Shown in pieces: positions 28,068 to 37,374 of a DNA stretch of 64,000 bases. This DNA comes from an uncultured Candidatus Saccharibacteria bacterium. GTDB lineage: Bacteria > Patescibacteriota > Minisyncoccia > Phycocordibacterales > UBA5272. The notes beneath the pieces are model-generated. The model ran no database searches, had not been told where the DNA came from, and worked only from the letters and a program-made list of their open reading frames with translations. The position numbers and the translations under genes were made by a program. The stretch is taken from assembly GCA_964457775.1 (NCBI GenBank), contig CAYWEW010000003.1, positions 30,776-94,775 on the forward strand, in the 5' to 3' direction. The stretch's first letter is position 1. Every line of letters starts with the position of its first letter.

Positions 28068-28880
28068 ATGAATTTTTCACAAGAGCCACCAAAAATTGCA
28101 ATACCTGTAGAAGGAAAACCAGAAAGCGAAGAACATTTTTATGAGAGAGTTCTTTCTCCTCGAGACCCATCTTTGTCTGATATTTTTTTAAAGGTTATTG
28201 ATAAACCTTCAATAAACAACGAAGATAAAATGGAATTATTATCTTTTCATCAGAAAATTAAAGATTTAGAAAAATTGGCGATGACTGACATGTTAACTGG
28301 TTTGCCAAACCGAGTAGAGTTTCATAAGGCCTTGGATTGGTTGTTTGCTATAAATAGCAGACGTGATAATGAAAAAGTAAAGTTTAGTCTCGTGGCATTT
28401 GACCTTGATGGTTTTAAAGCAGTGAATGATAGTTTTGGCCACGAAGCTGGTGATAAGTGTTTGCAATTGGTAGCATCTGAGGTTGGGACTGTTGTCAGAA
28501 GTTCAGATGTTTTTGCGCGAGAAGGAGGGGATGAGTTCCTTATACTATTACCAGATGTTGGTGATGAAGGAGCTCAAATTTTAGCTGAAAAAGTTTTTAT
28601 GGCAATAACTAATAGTGTTACAGAAAAACTTAAAGTTATGTATCCTGGAAATGGAGGGATATCTGCTAGTATTGGCGTAGTTACTTACAAAACAGACAGT
28701 GAAAATAATTATGGTAACTTTGATAAAAATGATTTGGTAAAATATGCTGATTATGTAAGATATATGGTAAAAGCAGCTGGTAAAAAAGGAATACTAACAT
28801 ATGAAGAGGCTAGAAAACTTGATGAAGAATCAGGTAATGAATACTGGAAAGCTTACATAGAAGGTAAACACATAGATTAA
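28068..28880 (+). CDS. GGDEF-domain diguanylate cyclase
   Basis: LTGLPNR, AFDLDGFKAVNDSFGH, REGGDEFLIL (GGDEF) motifs. Confidence 0.8.
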   Translation: MNFSQEPPKIAIPVEGKPESEEHFYERVLSPRDPSLSDIFLKVIDKPSINNEDKMELLSFHQKIKDLEKLAMTDMLTGLPNRVEFHKALDWLFAINSRRDNEKVKFSLVAFDLDGFKAVNDSFGHEAGDKCLQLVASEVGTVVRSSDVFAREGGDEFLILLPDVGDEGAQILAEKVFMAITNSVTEKLKVMYPGNGGISASIGVVTYKTDSENNYGNFDKNDLVKYADYVRYMVKAAGKKGILTYEEARKLDEESGNEYWKAYIEGKHID

Positions 28881-28905
28881 ATTAGTTTATTACAATAATT
28901 ATTTT

Positions 28906-28916
28906 TGTGTTAGAAT
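28906..28916 (+). promoter_or_regulatory. extended -10 TGTGTTAGAAT upstream of ychF
   Basis: Same 11-mer as before mreB and dnaJ. Confidence 0.45.
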
Positions 28917-28962
28917 ACGATGCATTAATAATTCTAAAACTATTAACTAGTAACTATTAACT

Positions 28963-30060
28963 ATGAGTTTATCTATCGGAATTGTTGGACTTCCAAACGT
29001 CGGCAAGTCAACATTATTTAATGCAATAACAAATAAATCAGTTCCAGCTGATAATTATCCTTTTTGTACTATTGATCCATCAGTAGGAGTTGTTCCTGTG
29101 CCTGATGAGAGACTCGCAGTGTTATCAAAAATTTCTGGTTCTAGAAAATTAATTCCTGCCATTGTAGAATTCGTAGATATTGCAGGACTTGTAAAGGGGG
29201 CATCAGCTGGTGAAGGGCTTGGTAATGCATTTCTTTCACATATTCGGGAGACGGATGCAATTGCAGAAGTTGTGCGTATCTATGAGAATAGTGATTTGAT
29301 ACACGTAGAAGGAACTGTTGACCCACTTCGTGATATTGAGATTATCAATATGGAATTAATTCTTGCTGATATGCAAACAGTTGAGAAGCGTAGTCAAACC
29401 ATTGGGCGCGATGTGAAGCGTGGTGATAAAGATGCGATTAAGCTCGCTGGACTACTTGAAGTATTAAAGAAAAATTTGGAGGAAGAAAAACTAGCGAATA
29501 CTATTTCTTTTGATACTGAAGAGACCAAACTCGTACGTGACTTGCATCTGATTACTATGAAGCCATTTCTTTATGTTTTGAATAAGCAATCTGGTGGAAA
29601 AAATCTAGACGAAATGAACGATGAGAGGTTCACTAAGTTAATAAATTATTTCAAAGAAAATAATTTTAAATATGTAATAGTTGATGCCAAGATAGAAGAT
29701 GAACTCAAAGAATTCGAAGGTGAGGAAAAAGAAATGATGCGTAACGAAATGAATGCACATGACAGTGGTGTAGATGGCCTAATCAAAGCTGGATATGACT
29801 TGCTCGGACTCGAGACATATCTTACAACTGGTGAAATGGAAACACGCGCATGGACAATTAAGAAAGGAAGCACGGCACCACGTGCGGCAGCTGCGATACA
29901 CTCAGATTTTGAAACAAAGTTTATTCGTGCGGAAGTTGTTGCATATGATGACTTAGTCAAAGCCGGAAATTATGGAGATGCAAAGGCTCGGGGAGTATTA
30001 AGAACAGAAGGTAAGGAATATATAGTGAAAGATGGGGATGTCATTGAATTTAAGATTTAA
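28963..30060 (+). CDS. ychF: ribosome-binding ATPase YchF/Ola1
   Basis: GIVGLPNVGKST, NKxD-like LNKQS, C-terminal TGS domain. Confidence 0.95.
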   Translation: MSLSIGIVGLPNVGKSTLFNAITNKSVPADNYPFCTIDPSVGVVPVPDERLAVLSKISGSRKLIPAIVEFVDIAGLVKGASAGEGLGNAFLSHIRETDAIAEVVRIYENSDLIHVEGTVDPLRDIEIINMELILADMQTVEKRSQTIGRDVKRGDKDAIKLAGLLEVLKKNLEEEKLANTISFDTEETKLVRDLHLITMKPFLYVLNKQSGGKNLDEMNDERFTKLINYFKENNFKYVIVDAKIEDELKEFEGEEKEMMRNEMNAHDSGVDGLIKAGYDLLGLETYLTTGEMETRAWTIKKGSTAPRAAAAIHSDFETKFIRAEVVAYDDLVKAGNYGDAKARGVLRTEGKEYIVKDGDVIEFKI

Positions 30061-30067
30061 ACTAAAA

Positions 30068-30092
30068 ATCAGCACCGAGGTGCTGATTTTTT
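30068..30092. terminator. bidirectional intrinsic terminator (atcagcacc-ga-ggtgctgat + T6)
   Basis: Lies between convergent ychF and 30092..30370. Confidence 0.6.
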
Positions 30093-30370
30093 CACTGAAC
30101 TGGGACTGTTCCAAAATCTGAAAACTGTTTCCCGTATTTTTCCTTTAGCTCAGATCTTCCTACAAGTAACCTGTTATCGTTTCTAAGTATCGCTTCAACC
30201 AAAGGGTGGTTTTCTTCTAGAAGAAGGAAATACTTTGTCTCAATCCGGCTTTCTTCATTCTTATTATGAACTTCAAGAATGATTGAATCAGCAGATTCTT
30301 CGACAACAAGGACATGCGCAAATCCATTCGAACAACGTGGTAATCTTGCAAAGAGCGTTCTGCCATTCAT
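30092..30370 (-). CDS. hypothetical protein (92 aa)
   Basis: ORF only. Confidence 0.35.
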   Translation of the reverse strand: MNGRTLFARLPRCSNGFAHVLVVEESADSIILEVHNKNEESRIETKYFLLLEENHPLVEAILRNDNRLLVGRSELKEKYGKQFSDFGTVPVQ

Positions 30371-30501
30371 GTCTCATCTCCAAAGTAAGAAGTAGATGGA
30401 ATAACTATATAAAAATACTATACTAAATTTTAAATAATTGCAAAAAAGAGATAATGTAAAAACTCTTTTTTCTTTTCAGTTTTTTAAGGTATAATCATAA
30501 A

Positions 30502-32391
30502 ATGTCTATAACAGTAAATGAAATCCGTTCAAAGTTTTTGAAATATATGGAAGAGAGAGGACATGTTGTTGTACCCTCATCTTCTCTTGTTCCAGAAAAT
30601 GACCCCACTACACTTTTCACTGGTAGTGGTATGCAACCAATGGTTCCTTATCTTTTAGGACAACCACATCCACTAGGAAAGAGAATTGCAGATAGTCAAA
30701 AATCTTTTCGTTCTCAAGACATAGACGAGGTAGGAGATAATCGTCACACTACATTTTTTGAAATGCTTGGTAATTGGTCTTTTGGTGATTATTTTAAAGA
30801 AGATGAAATTAAATGGATGTTTGATTTTTTGATAAATGAACTTAACCTTAATCCGAACAAACTGTATATAACTTGTTTTAAAGGAAATGATTCTTTGGGT
30901 ATTCCTCGCGATACATTTTCAGCAGAGCTTTGGCAAAAGCTTTTTGAGGAAAAAAATGTTGAGGCCAATATAAGCGATACACCAGAAGAAGGTATGAAGC
31001 AGAGTGAGAGAATATTTTATTACACAGAGAAAAAGAATTGGTGGTCAAGAATGGGAGTACCTGCGAATATGGGAGAAGGTGAACCAGGTGGACCAGACTC
31101 AGAAATGTTTTATGATTTTGATATAAGAGAAGAAAAGGGAATTCATGCTAATTCTAAGTTCGCTAATGAACCATGTCATCCGAATTGTGATTGTGGTAGA
31201 TTTTTGGAAATTGGAAACAATGTGTTCATGCAGTACAAGAAGGCTGCGGGTGGATTCGAAGAATTACCACAAATGAATGTTGATCATGGTTCTGGTCTTG
31301 AGAGATATGCTTGTGCGCTTCGTGATGATTCGGATATTTTTAATATAGATGTATTCAATAATCCAAAGGATTATATTCAATTATTATCTGGCAAAAAATA
31401 TGGTGAGAGTGATGAAATAACGTATGCGTATCGAGTTATACTCGATCATCTTCGTGCCGCAACATTTTTGATCGGGGATGATATATTACCTGGGAATAAA
31501 GACCAAATGTACTTCGTACGCAGACTTATTCGTCGCTCAGTAAGATTCGCTCGTAACTTAGGAATCAATAATAATTTTACAAAAGAAGTAGCTCTTTCAT
31601 TTATTGAAGTTTATAGAGATGAGTATAAAAATCTTGATGAAAAGAAAGAAATAATTTTGAATGAATTGGAGAAGGAGGAAGTTAAGTTTAGAAAAACTCT
31701 TGAACACGGAATTAAACAATTTGAAAAAATCGCAAAAGGAGATATAAGTGGAGTAGATGCCTTTGACCTACTTCAAACATACGGTTTCCCAATTGAATTA
31801 ACAGAAGAATTAGCAAAAGAAAAAGGAATTAATATTGATATTAATGAATTTGAAAAGTTGAAAGCAGAGCATTCAGAATCGTCTCGTACAGCAAGTGCAG
31901 GAAAGTTCAAGGGCGGTCTTGGGGGTGATGGAGAAATGGAAATAAAGTATCACACTGCAACCCACATGCTTCATCAGGCACTTCGTACTGTACTTGGTGA
32001 TACGGTAGTACAAAAGGGTTCTAATATAACACCTGAGCGTTTACGTTTCGATTTTGCTTATGGAGAAAAGATGACCGATGAACAAAAGAAACAAGTTGAA
32101 GATTTGATTAATTCAAAAACAAAAGAAAATCTTCCTGTTATTCGTGAAGATATTTCAATAGATGAAGCAAAGTCTCGTGGAGCAATGGGATTGTTCACTG
32201 ATAAATATGGTGACAAAGTAAGTATTTATAGAATAGGTGAAGGAAAGAATAAAGGAGATGATAATTTATTTTCAATTGAAATGTGTGGTGGTCCACATAT
32301 ATCAAACACAAGTGAGTTAGGTGTATTCAAAATAACAAAAGAGGAAGCAGTGTCTGCAGGTGTTCGTCGTATTAAGGCTACCTTATCATAA
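30502..32391 (+). CDS. alaS: alanyl-tRNA synthetase, short form (catalytic + editing domains, no C-Ala domain)
   Basis: AlaRS N-terminal motifs (FTGSGMQP, WSFGDYFK), editing HxxxH (HTATHMLHQAL) and CGGPH motifs; 629 aa; -10 TATAAT at 30490. Confidence 0.85.
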   Translation: MSITVNEIRSKFLKYMEERGHVVVPSSSLVPENDPTTLFTGSGMQPMVPYLLGQPHPLGKRIADSQKSFRSQDIDEVGDNRHTTFFEMLGNWSFGDYFKEDEIKWMFDFLINELNLNPNKLYITCFKGNDSLGIPRDTFSAELWQKLFEEKNVEANISDTPEEGMKQSERIFYYTEKKNWWSRMGVPANMGEGEPGGPDSEMFYDFDIREEKGIHANSKFANEPCHPNCDCGRFLEIGNNVFMQYKKAAGGFEELPQMNVDHGSGLERYACALRDDSDIFNIDVFNNPKDYIQLLSGKKYGESDEITYAYRVILDHLRAATFLIGDDILPGNKDQMYFVRRLIRRSVRFARNLGINNNFTKEVALSFIEVYRDEYKNLDEKKEIILNELEKEEVKFRKTLEHGIKQFEKIAKGDISGVDAFDLLQTYGFPIELTEELAKEKGINIDINEFEKLKAEHSESSRTASAGKFKGGLGGDGEMEIKYHTATHMLHQALRTVLGDTVVQKGSNITPERLRFDFAYGEKMTDEQKKQVEDLINSKTKENLPVIREDISIDEAKSRGAMGLFTDKYGDKVSIYRIGEGKNKGDDNLFSIEMCGGPHISNTSELGVFKITKEEAVSAGVRRIKATLS

Positions 32392-32517
32392 AATTATTTA
32401 TAATGTGTATAACTAATTAGACAATAGTGAAGCTCGGGTGTAAAATTAATTTATGGAGAATATTAACTCAGTTTTTTTGACGAAAATAAAAAATCATAAT
32501 AGTAATTAAAAAAAGTT

Positions 32518-33804
32518 ATGAAGAACCTACCTCAACAACTAAAGGGCATAGCAATAGGAACCATTTTCTTTATTGGTCTATTATATGTAAGTGCATGGAC
32601 TGGAGCTCCAACAGGAACACCACCAGCAAACAACGTAGATGCCCCTGTAAATGTTAGTATTAACTCGCAATATAAAGATGGAGCATTAGGTGTTGGAGGT
32701 TTGATTCGTGGTTATGCAGACGCAATATTTGATGGAGGTGTAAAAATAGGAACAACAACAGACGTTTGTAGTTCAGCATTAGGTGGAACATTGCGCTATA
32801 ACAGCAGTGCTAGATGTGTAGAATTTTGTGATGAGTCATCATGGAAATGTACAAATCAGACAGCTACACCACCAACATGTACTTCGTTTACTTATTCCAG
32901 CTGGTCCCCGTCAGTTTGTGTTAATGGTACACAAACAAGAACTGTAACAACTTCATTACCATCTGGCTGTGTTGGAGGAACGTCATCAACAAGTCAAAGC
33001 TGTACCGTCCCAGATTTTTCTTATACTGCAACTATTTCTGACACACCAAATTATAATTTAAGAGATGTTGTTTTGGCTGCTGGATGGGATGGATCTAAAA
33101 AAGTGGTTGCAACTATTACTATAAACGGTGACGTATATTCAACTTCAAATGCTATTCCTGCCTTCGATACTGGAGATCTACCTGCAGGTTCAAGTGTTAC
33201 AATTATAAATAATGGTAATATTATCGGTAAGGGTGGTAATGGTGGAGTAGGGTATGGATCAAGTTTATGGGCAGGCTTTGGATACGCCTATACAGTTGGT
33301 ACCCCAGGTGAAGATGGTGGTCCAGCACTAAAAGTAAGAGCTATTACAGTTATTAGGAATTATGGTGTTATAGCAGGAGGAGGAGGAGGTGGTGGTGGTG
33401 GTGGATACGCATATAATAATTATTATTATCAGAACTATGGTAGTGCTGGTGGCGGTGGAGGTGGTGGTGGACAGGGATACAACGCAGGTAGTGCTGGTGG
33501 TGGTGGTATTTTAAGTGGATACAGTTCAGCGAGTGGTAATTCTGGTAGCTCTGGAACATTTAGTTCTGCTGGATTGGGTGCTACAGCTGTAAATTCTTCT
33601 AATTCACAAGGAGACGGTGCAGCTGTATATGGAAGTGCTGGAGGAAATGGTGGAACACTTGGCAATCCAGGACAAGTAGGAGGTAGTGGATCTGCTCAGT
33701 ATGCTAGTGGTGGATATCCTGGAGGACTGGCAGGGAATTCAGTTATAGGTAATTCATATGTATCTTGGGAAGTTGTTGGAACTAGATTGGGTCCTGTTAA
33801 TTAA
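32518..33804 (+). CDS. N-terminally anchored Gly-rich extracellular protein (cassette A, paralog of 41344..42315)
   Basis: Hydrophobic anchor then AWTGAPTGTPPANNVDAPVNV...IGTTT, Cys-rich middle, (G)n/GGxGG C-terminus. Confidence 0.6.
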   Translation: MKNLPQQLKGIAIGTIFFIGLLYVSAWTGAPTGTPPANNVDAPVNVSINSQYKDGALGVGGLIRGYADAIFDGGVKIGTTTDVCSSALGGTLRYNSSARCVEFCDESSWKCTNQTATPPTCTSFTYSSWSPSVCVNGTQTRTVTTSLPSGCVGGTSSTSQSCTVPDFSYTATISDTPNYNLRDVVLAAGWDGSKKVVATITINGDVYSTSNAIPAFDTGDLPAGSSVTIINNGNIIGKGGNGGVGYGSSLWAGFGYAYTVGTPGEDGGPALKVRAITVIRNYGVIAGGGGGGGGGGYAYNNYYYQNYGSAGGGGGGGGQGYNAGSAGGGGILSGYSSASGNSGSSGTFSSAGLGATAVNSSNSQGDGAAVYGSAGGNGGTLGNPGQVGGSGSAQYASGGYPGGLAGNSVIGNSYVSWEVVGTRLGPVN

Positions 33805-33840
33805 ATTTATGAATTTTTTTTACTTTAAACTATATATTAT

Positions 33841-34437
33841 ATGTTAGGTTATCCAATAAAAACAATCCTCGTATCTATTCTTATTTTTATGTTAGGAGTT
33901 GTTTCTAGTGTTTTTTTAACTATTTTATATTTCAAGATTAGTGGAAAAAATCCGGAAATGAATTATGCAAATACTAATACAAATAGTGTAAATGTAGACA
34001 CAAATAAACCTATTGTTAAAAATGAAGAAACAAAGCAGAATTTTGAGATGAATTATATAGTTGGAGAAATAATTTCTTTAAGTGGAAATAAATTAAACAT
34101 TAAAATTAATCCAGTATTAAATCCTATTTTTAAAGATAAAGGGGAAAGTGTTGTGGAGGTAACAGTAACAGATATGACCAAATTTGTGTCTATGGTACAA
34201 AAAGACGCGACAATTTTTAAAAAGGAGTTACTAGATTTTCAAAAAATACCCATTGCAAATAGAGATTTTTCTATGTCACCTCAACCCTTCTTAGAAAAGG
34301 AAACATCTCGCGACTTGTTTACTATAGGTAAAATGGTTGTAGTAAAATCAAAGGAAAAAATATCTAGTTCTACCACATCAATAAAAGCAGAATCAGTTGG
34401 TATAGCACCAGAGATACCTAAAGCTACATCACGATAA
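33841..34437 (+). CDS. membrane-anchored beta-rich partner protein (cassette A, paralog of 42350..42934)
   Basis: N-terminal TM; shared blocks with paralog (Y(I/F)VG(E/D)..S.SG, ..KD...F.KE...(F/Y).(K/N)IPI..R). Confidence 0.55.
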   Translation: MLGYPIKTILVSILIFMLGVVSSVFLTILYFKISGKNPEMNYANTNTNSVNVDTNKPIVKNEETKQNFEMNYIVGEIISLSGNKLNIKINPVLNPIFKDKGESVVEVTVTDMTKFVSMVQKDATIFKKELLDFQKIPIANRDFSMSPQPFLEKETSRDLFTIGKMVVVKSKEKISSSTTSIKAESVGIAPEIPKATSR

Positions 34438-34587
34438 AAATATTTATTAGTAGGAGTTTTATATTCATAAAACGAGGCATATTTTAATCTTAATTAGTTT
34501 GTTGAATAGTAGTGATGTTGGTATTTCAAGTAATTAAGAAGAATAAAGGAAACTTTAAACTAAGTATTTTAATGATATAATGAAGGC

Positions 34588-34967
34588 GGTGCAGTAGTTG
34601 TGCGCCAAGTGTTCTTTTTAATGCAATTCAAGATAAGGATCCAATCATGAAAAATTGTGATAAGTGTCTCAAGTCACCCATTGTAACCGGAGCTGATATC
34701 AAGAGTTACAGACACGGTCTCCACATGAATGTGAATACTTTTGCTGGAGTTTTTTAAACCAGTCGGCAGAATGTCTCACGGCTTGAGCGATTGAATCGCC
34801 CACTTACAGAGGAGGAAAAAAGAAGTTTGCGCTTCGTTAGAAAAGACTGGAAATTTGATCCAAAGAAGTGTCGCGAGACTTTGATGGTTGATTCCAGAAA
34901 CCAATAAGCCCATTGATGTACCAAACAGTAACAACAACACTGGAAGTATGTCAGTGGGTTGTTTTTT
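34588..34967 (+). ncRNA. candidate orphan transcript (unknown RNA or cluster of micro-ORFs)
   Basis: Extended -10 TGATATAAT at 34573-34581; hairpin + T6 at 34931-34967; no ORF of at least 60 aa on either strand; GC-richer than flanking DNA. Confidence 0.3.
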
Positions 34968-35020
34968 GTGTATTAGTAACTACCAACTATTTACTATTAG
35001 ATATATACTGAATTAATAAT

Positions 35021-35413
35021 ATGAATGATTCAAAACCACACCTCGCTATTTCTGTTGGAGATACAGCCACACTAATTAACTATATGGTGGATGGTGAAGT
35101 AGTCGTGTCACACACGCATCCAATCGGTTACAAACATATTGAGGCTGATGGTATGAGTATTATTGCCGGATCAAAATTTATAGATGGAATTTTATATGCG
35201 CTAGAATTTATTTCACTACACGATAGAATTCCTACCGAATTTAAATTAGTTTCACCTAGATATTCAAGATGGATAGGCGAAGTAATAGAAAATAATTCTT
35301 ATACACAGTTTTATACTGACGGAGCACCAATAAGTGTTACACTAGAAGGTATAACAGACGCTCCTCTTTCATATGCACGACATTCGCAAACCATACATTC
35401 GTTCAAGCTCTAA
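35021..35413 (+). CDS. hypothetical protein (130 aa)
   Basis: ORF whose 3' end overlaps the next gene by 41 nt in another frame. Confidence 0.4.
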   Translation: MNDSKPHLAISVGDTATLINYMVDGEVVVSHTHPIGYKHIEADGMSIIAGSKFIDGILYALEFISLHDRIPTEFKLVSPRYSRWIGEVIENNSYTQFYTDGAPISVTLEGITDAPLSYARHSQTIHSFKL

Positions 35414-36785
35414 TCGTGACCTCAATTCCCGTGTTGAGCAATTTGAAAGACACTCGTATGAAAGTGAAGATTATGATGAACGTGAAAATGGTCCAGTACA
35501 AATTCCAGTTAGACGTGTTAGAAGAAATGTAAATGATATGGATATGTATCCACGTAGAAGGATGGGTGATGTAAGGTATGAGGACGATGAGCCGTATGAA
35601 GAAGAAAGACACAATCGAAGAGCTAGTGATAATCAAACAAGGAGAATACATCGTGATGGCACTTTAGGTACTTGGATTTTTATAGCGGTAGTTGTTGTTT
35701 TTGCAGTTGTTGCAGGATTATTTACATATATATTCGATAGTGCCACTGTAACAATTGTCCCAAAGTACAAAGATGTTAACGATTACAATAAAACAATTTT
35801 ATTTTCACAAAAGGAGACAGATTCTAGTAGTGTACCTTTCGTTGTAATTACCGCATCATCTACAAAAAGTAAAATATTGGCACTTTCTGAATCAAAAAAA
35901 GTAGAATCAAAAGCCTCAGGTAAAGTCATTATTTATAATAATTATGACTCTACTCCACAGAAACTTATTAAGAATACTAGATTAGAATCTGCGGCTGGTA
36001 AAATTTATCGCATTAATCAATCAGTTACTGTTCCAGGTAAAAAGGGAGATATCCCAGGTAGTGTAGAAGCAACTGTATATGCTGATAGTAATGGAACATC
36101 ATATAACACCCAAGCAACTGATTTTAGTATTCCTGGATTCAAGGGGACACCTCAAGATAAAGCCTTTTATGCAAAAGGCAAGGGTGCAATCTCTGGTGGC
36201 TCGTCAGGTAATGTCTCCTCAGCTTCACTTTCTGATATTAATGCTGCAAAAGATGAACTGGCGTTGGAACTTGCTCAAGAAGTAAAGGCTGCATTAATGA
36301 AAATAAACAAAGAAGGATATATTGGTCTTTATGGAGCCTCAGAAATTACTTATATTGATAATGAGATTGAAGTATTGAATGGAACAACAGGTACATATGA
36401 AGTAACTGCTACAGGACATCTTATACTTGCTGATGCTTCTAAGTTAGCTCAGATTATCGGAAAAGAAGTTAGGGGTTACGCTAATGAACCAGTAAGACTA
36501 GGTTATACAGAAACACTTACATATACAAGAAAAGACACGGACCGTATTTCTACCAGTACAGCACTGTCAATTTTAGTAGAAGGTAAACCTCGCATTATTT
36601 GGGTTAGTGATACAGATAGTATTAAGGAAATGGTTCGCAGTAAGAAGCGAGATGAATTCAAATCTTTAATGAAAAATATAAGTACTATACAAACTGCTGC
36701 AATTAGTTTTTCACCATTATGGCTTTCTACTTTTCCATCTGATGTAGGAAAAATTGCTATTGTTGAGTCGTTACCAAAAAGATAA
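35373..36785 (+). CDS. membrane-anchored protein with basic/acidic cytoplasmic tail and large extracytoplasmic domain
   Basis: Charged 110-aa N-terminus, one TM (WIFIAVVVVFAVVAGLF), then 340 aa beta-rich. Confidence 0.55.
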   Translation: MHDIRKPYIRSSSNRDLNSRVEQFERHSYESEDYDERENGPVQIPVRRVRRNVNDMDMYPRRRMGDVRYEDDEPYEEERHNRRASDNQTRRIHRDGTLGTWIFIAVVVVFAVVAGLFTYIFDSATVTIVPKYKDVNDYNKTILFSQKETDSSSVPFVVITASSTKSKILALSESKKVESKASGKVIIYNNYDSTPQKLIKNTRLESAAGKIYRINQSVTVPGKKGDIPGSVEATVYADSNGTSYNTQATDFSIPGFKGTPQDKAFYAKGKGAISGGSSGNVSSASLSDINAAKDELALELAQEVKAALMKINKEGYIGLYGASEITYIDNEIEVLNGTTGTYEVTATGHLILADASKLAQIIGKEVRGYANEPVRLGYTETLTYTRKDTDRISTSTALSILVEGKPRIIWVSDTDSIKEMVRSKKRDEFKSLMKNISTIQTAAISFSPLWLSTFPSDVGKIAIVESLPKR

Positions 36786-36840
36786 CTAGATAAATAGCTT
36801 GGAATTTTAAGTTATTTTTGATACACTGAGTTACTAATAT

Positions 36841-37053
36841 ATGGATGAAACTGATATCGAAACTATTGAAGGACGTGTAATAGAAGCTCTTCCGAGCACT
36901 TTATTTCGTGTAGAAACAACAGATGGTAAAGTCTTAATCTCATATCTTGGTGGTAGAATGCGTGTTCATAAAATTAAAGTGCTTGTAGGCGACAAGGTGA
37001 CTGTACAGGTAGATCCTTATGGAGGGAAAGGACGCATCATAAAACGAATGTAA
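36841..37053 (+). CDS. infA: translation initiation factor IF-1
   Basis: S1-like OB: GRVIEALPSTLFRVE...GRMRVHKIKVLVGDKVTV...PYGGKGRIIKR. Confidence 0.9.
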   Translation: MDETDIETIEGRVIEALPSTLFRVETTDGKVLISYLGGRMRVHKIKVLVGDKVTVQVDPYGGKGRIIKRM

Positions 37054-37209
37054 TCCTCCGTTAGTTGTAGTTATGTTATTCGTTAGGAAACAAGAATATT
37101 TTTGTATGTATTAAACGAAAAACTAATAACGTCCTAACGAAGAACTGTTAAAGTGCCATCACGTTTGCATTATTTATTAAATTATAGTATAATAACCCGC
37201 ATATTTCTC

Positions 37210-37323
37210 ATGAAAGTACGATCATCAGTAAAAACAATTTGTTCAAAATGTCAAATGCTAAAACGTGGTGGCGTACTTCGTGTTATTTGTGTTAATCCTA
37301 AGCACAAACAAGCACAAGGATAA
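37210..37323 (+). CDS. rpmJ: 50S ribosomal protein L36
   Basis: [37 protein letters not shown] (37 aa, C4 zinc ribbon); below ORF-track cutoff. Confidence 0.85.
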   Translation: MKVRSSVKTICSKCQMLKRGGVLRVICVNPKHKQAQG

Positions 37324-37374
37324 TACCGTATTTGATTAAACAGTAACTAGTAAAAACAACTAACAACCACCATT

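Noticed and set aside
33368-33665. G-rich periodic sequence that might suggest a CRISPR array or G-quadruplex repeat.
   Set aside because: The periodicity is 3 nt, in-frame poly-Gly codons inside a long ORF; no spacer/repeat architecture and no cas genes besides a lone Cas4-like nuclease 30 kb away.
32392-34560. Direct repeats flanking cassette A analogous to the greA/rpsI tails (taattag...aatagtga at 32414-32433 versus 34489-34517).
   Set aside because: The similarity is short, gapped and AT-rich, so it is not statistically convincing. The cassette A insertion mechanism is left open.
34588-34967. RNase P RNA, SRP RNA or group II intron identity for the orphan transcript, and similarly for 1186-1434.
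   Set aside because: Hallmark strings (GGAAAGUCCGG, ACAGAAACCCGGCUUA, CAGGUCAGGUCCGGAAGGAAGCAGC, domain V GAGC...GAAA...GGUUC) were not found on either strand.
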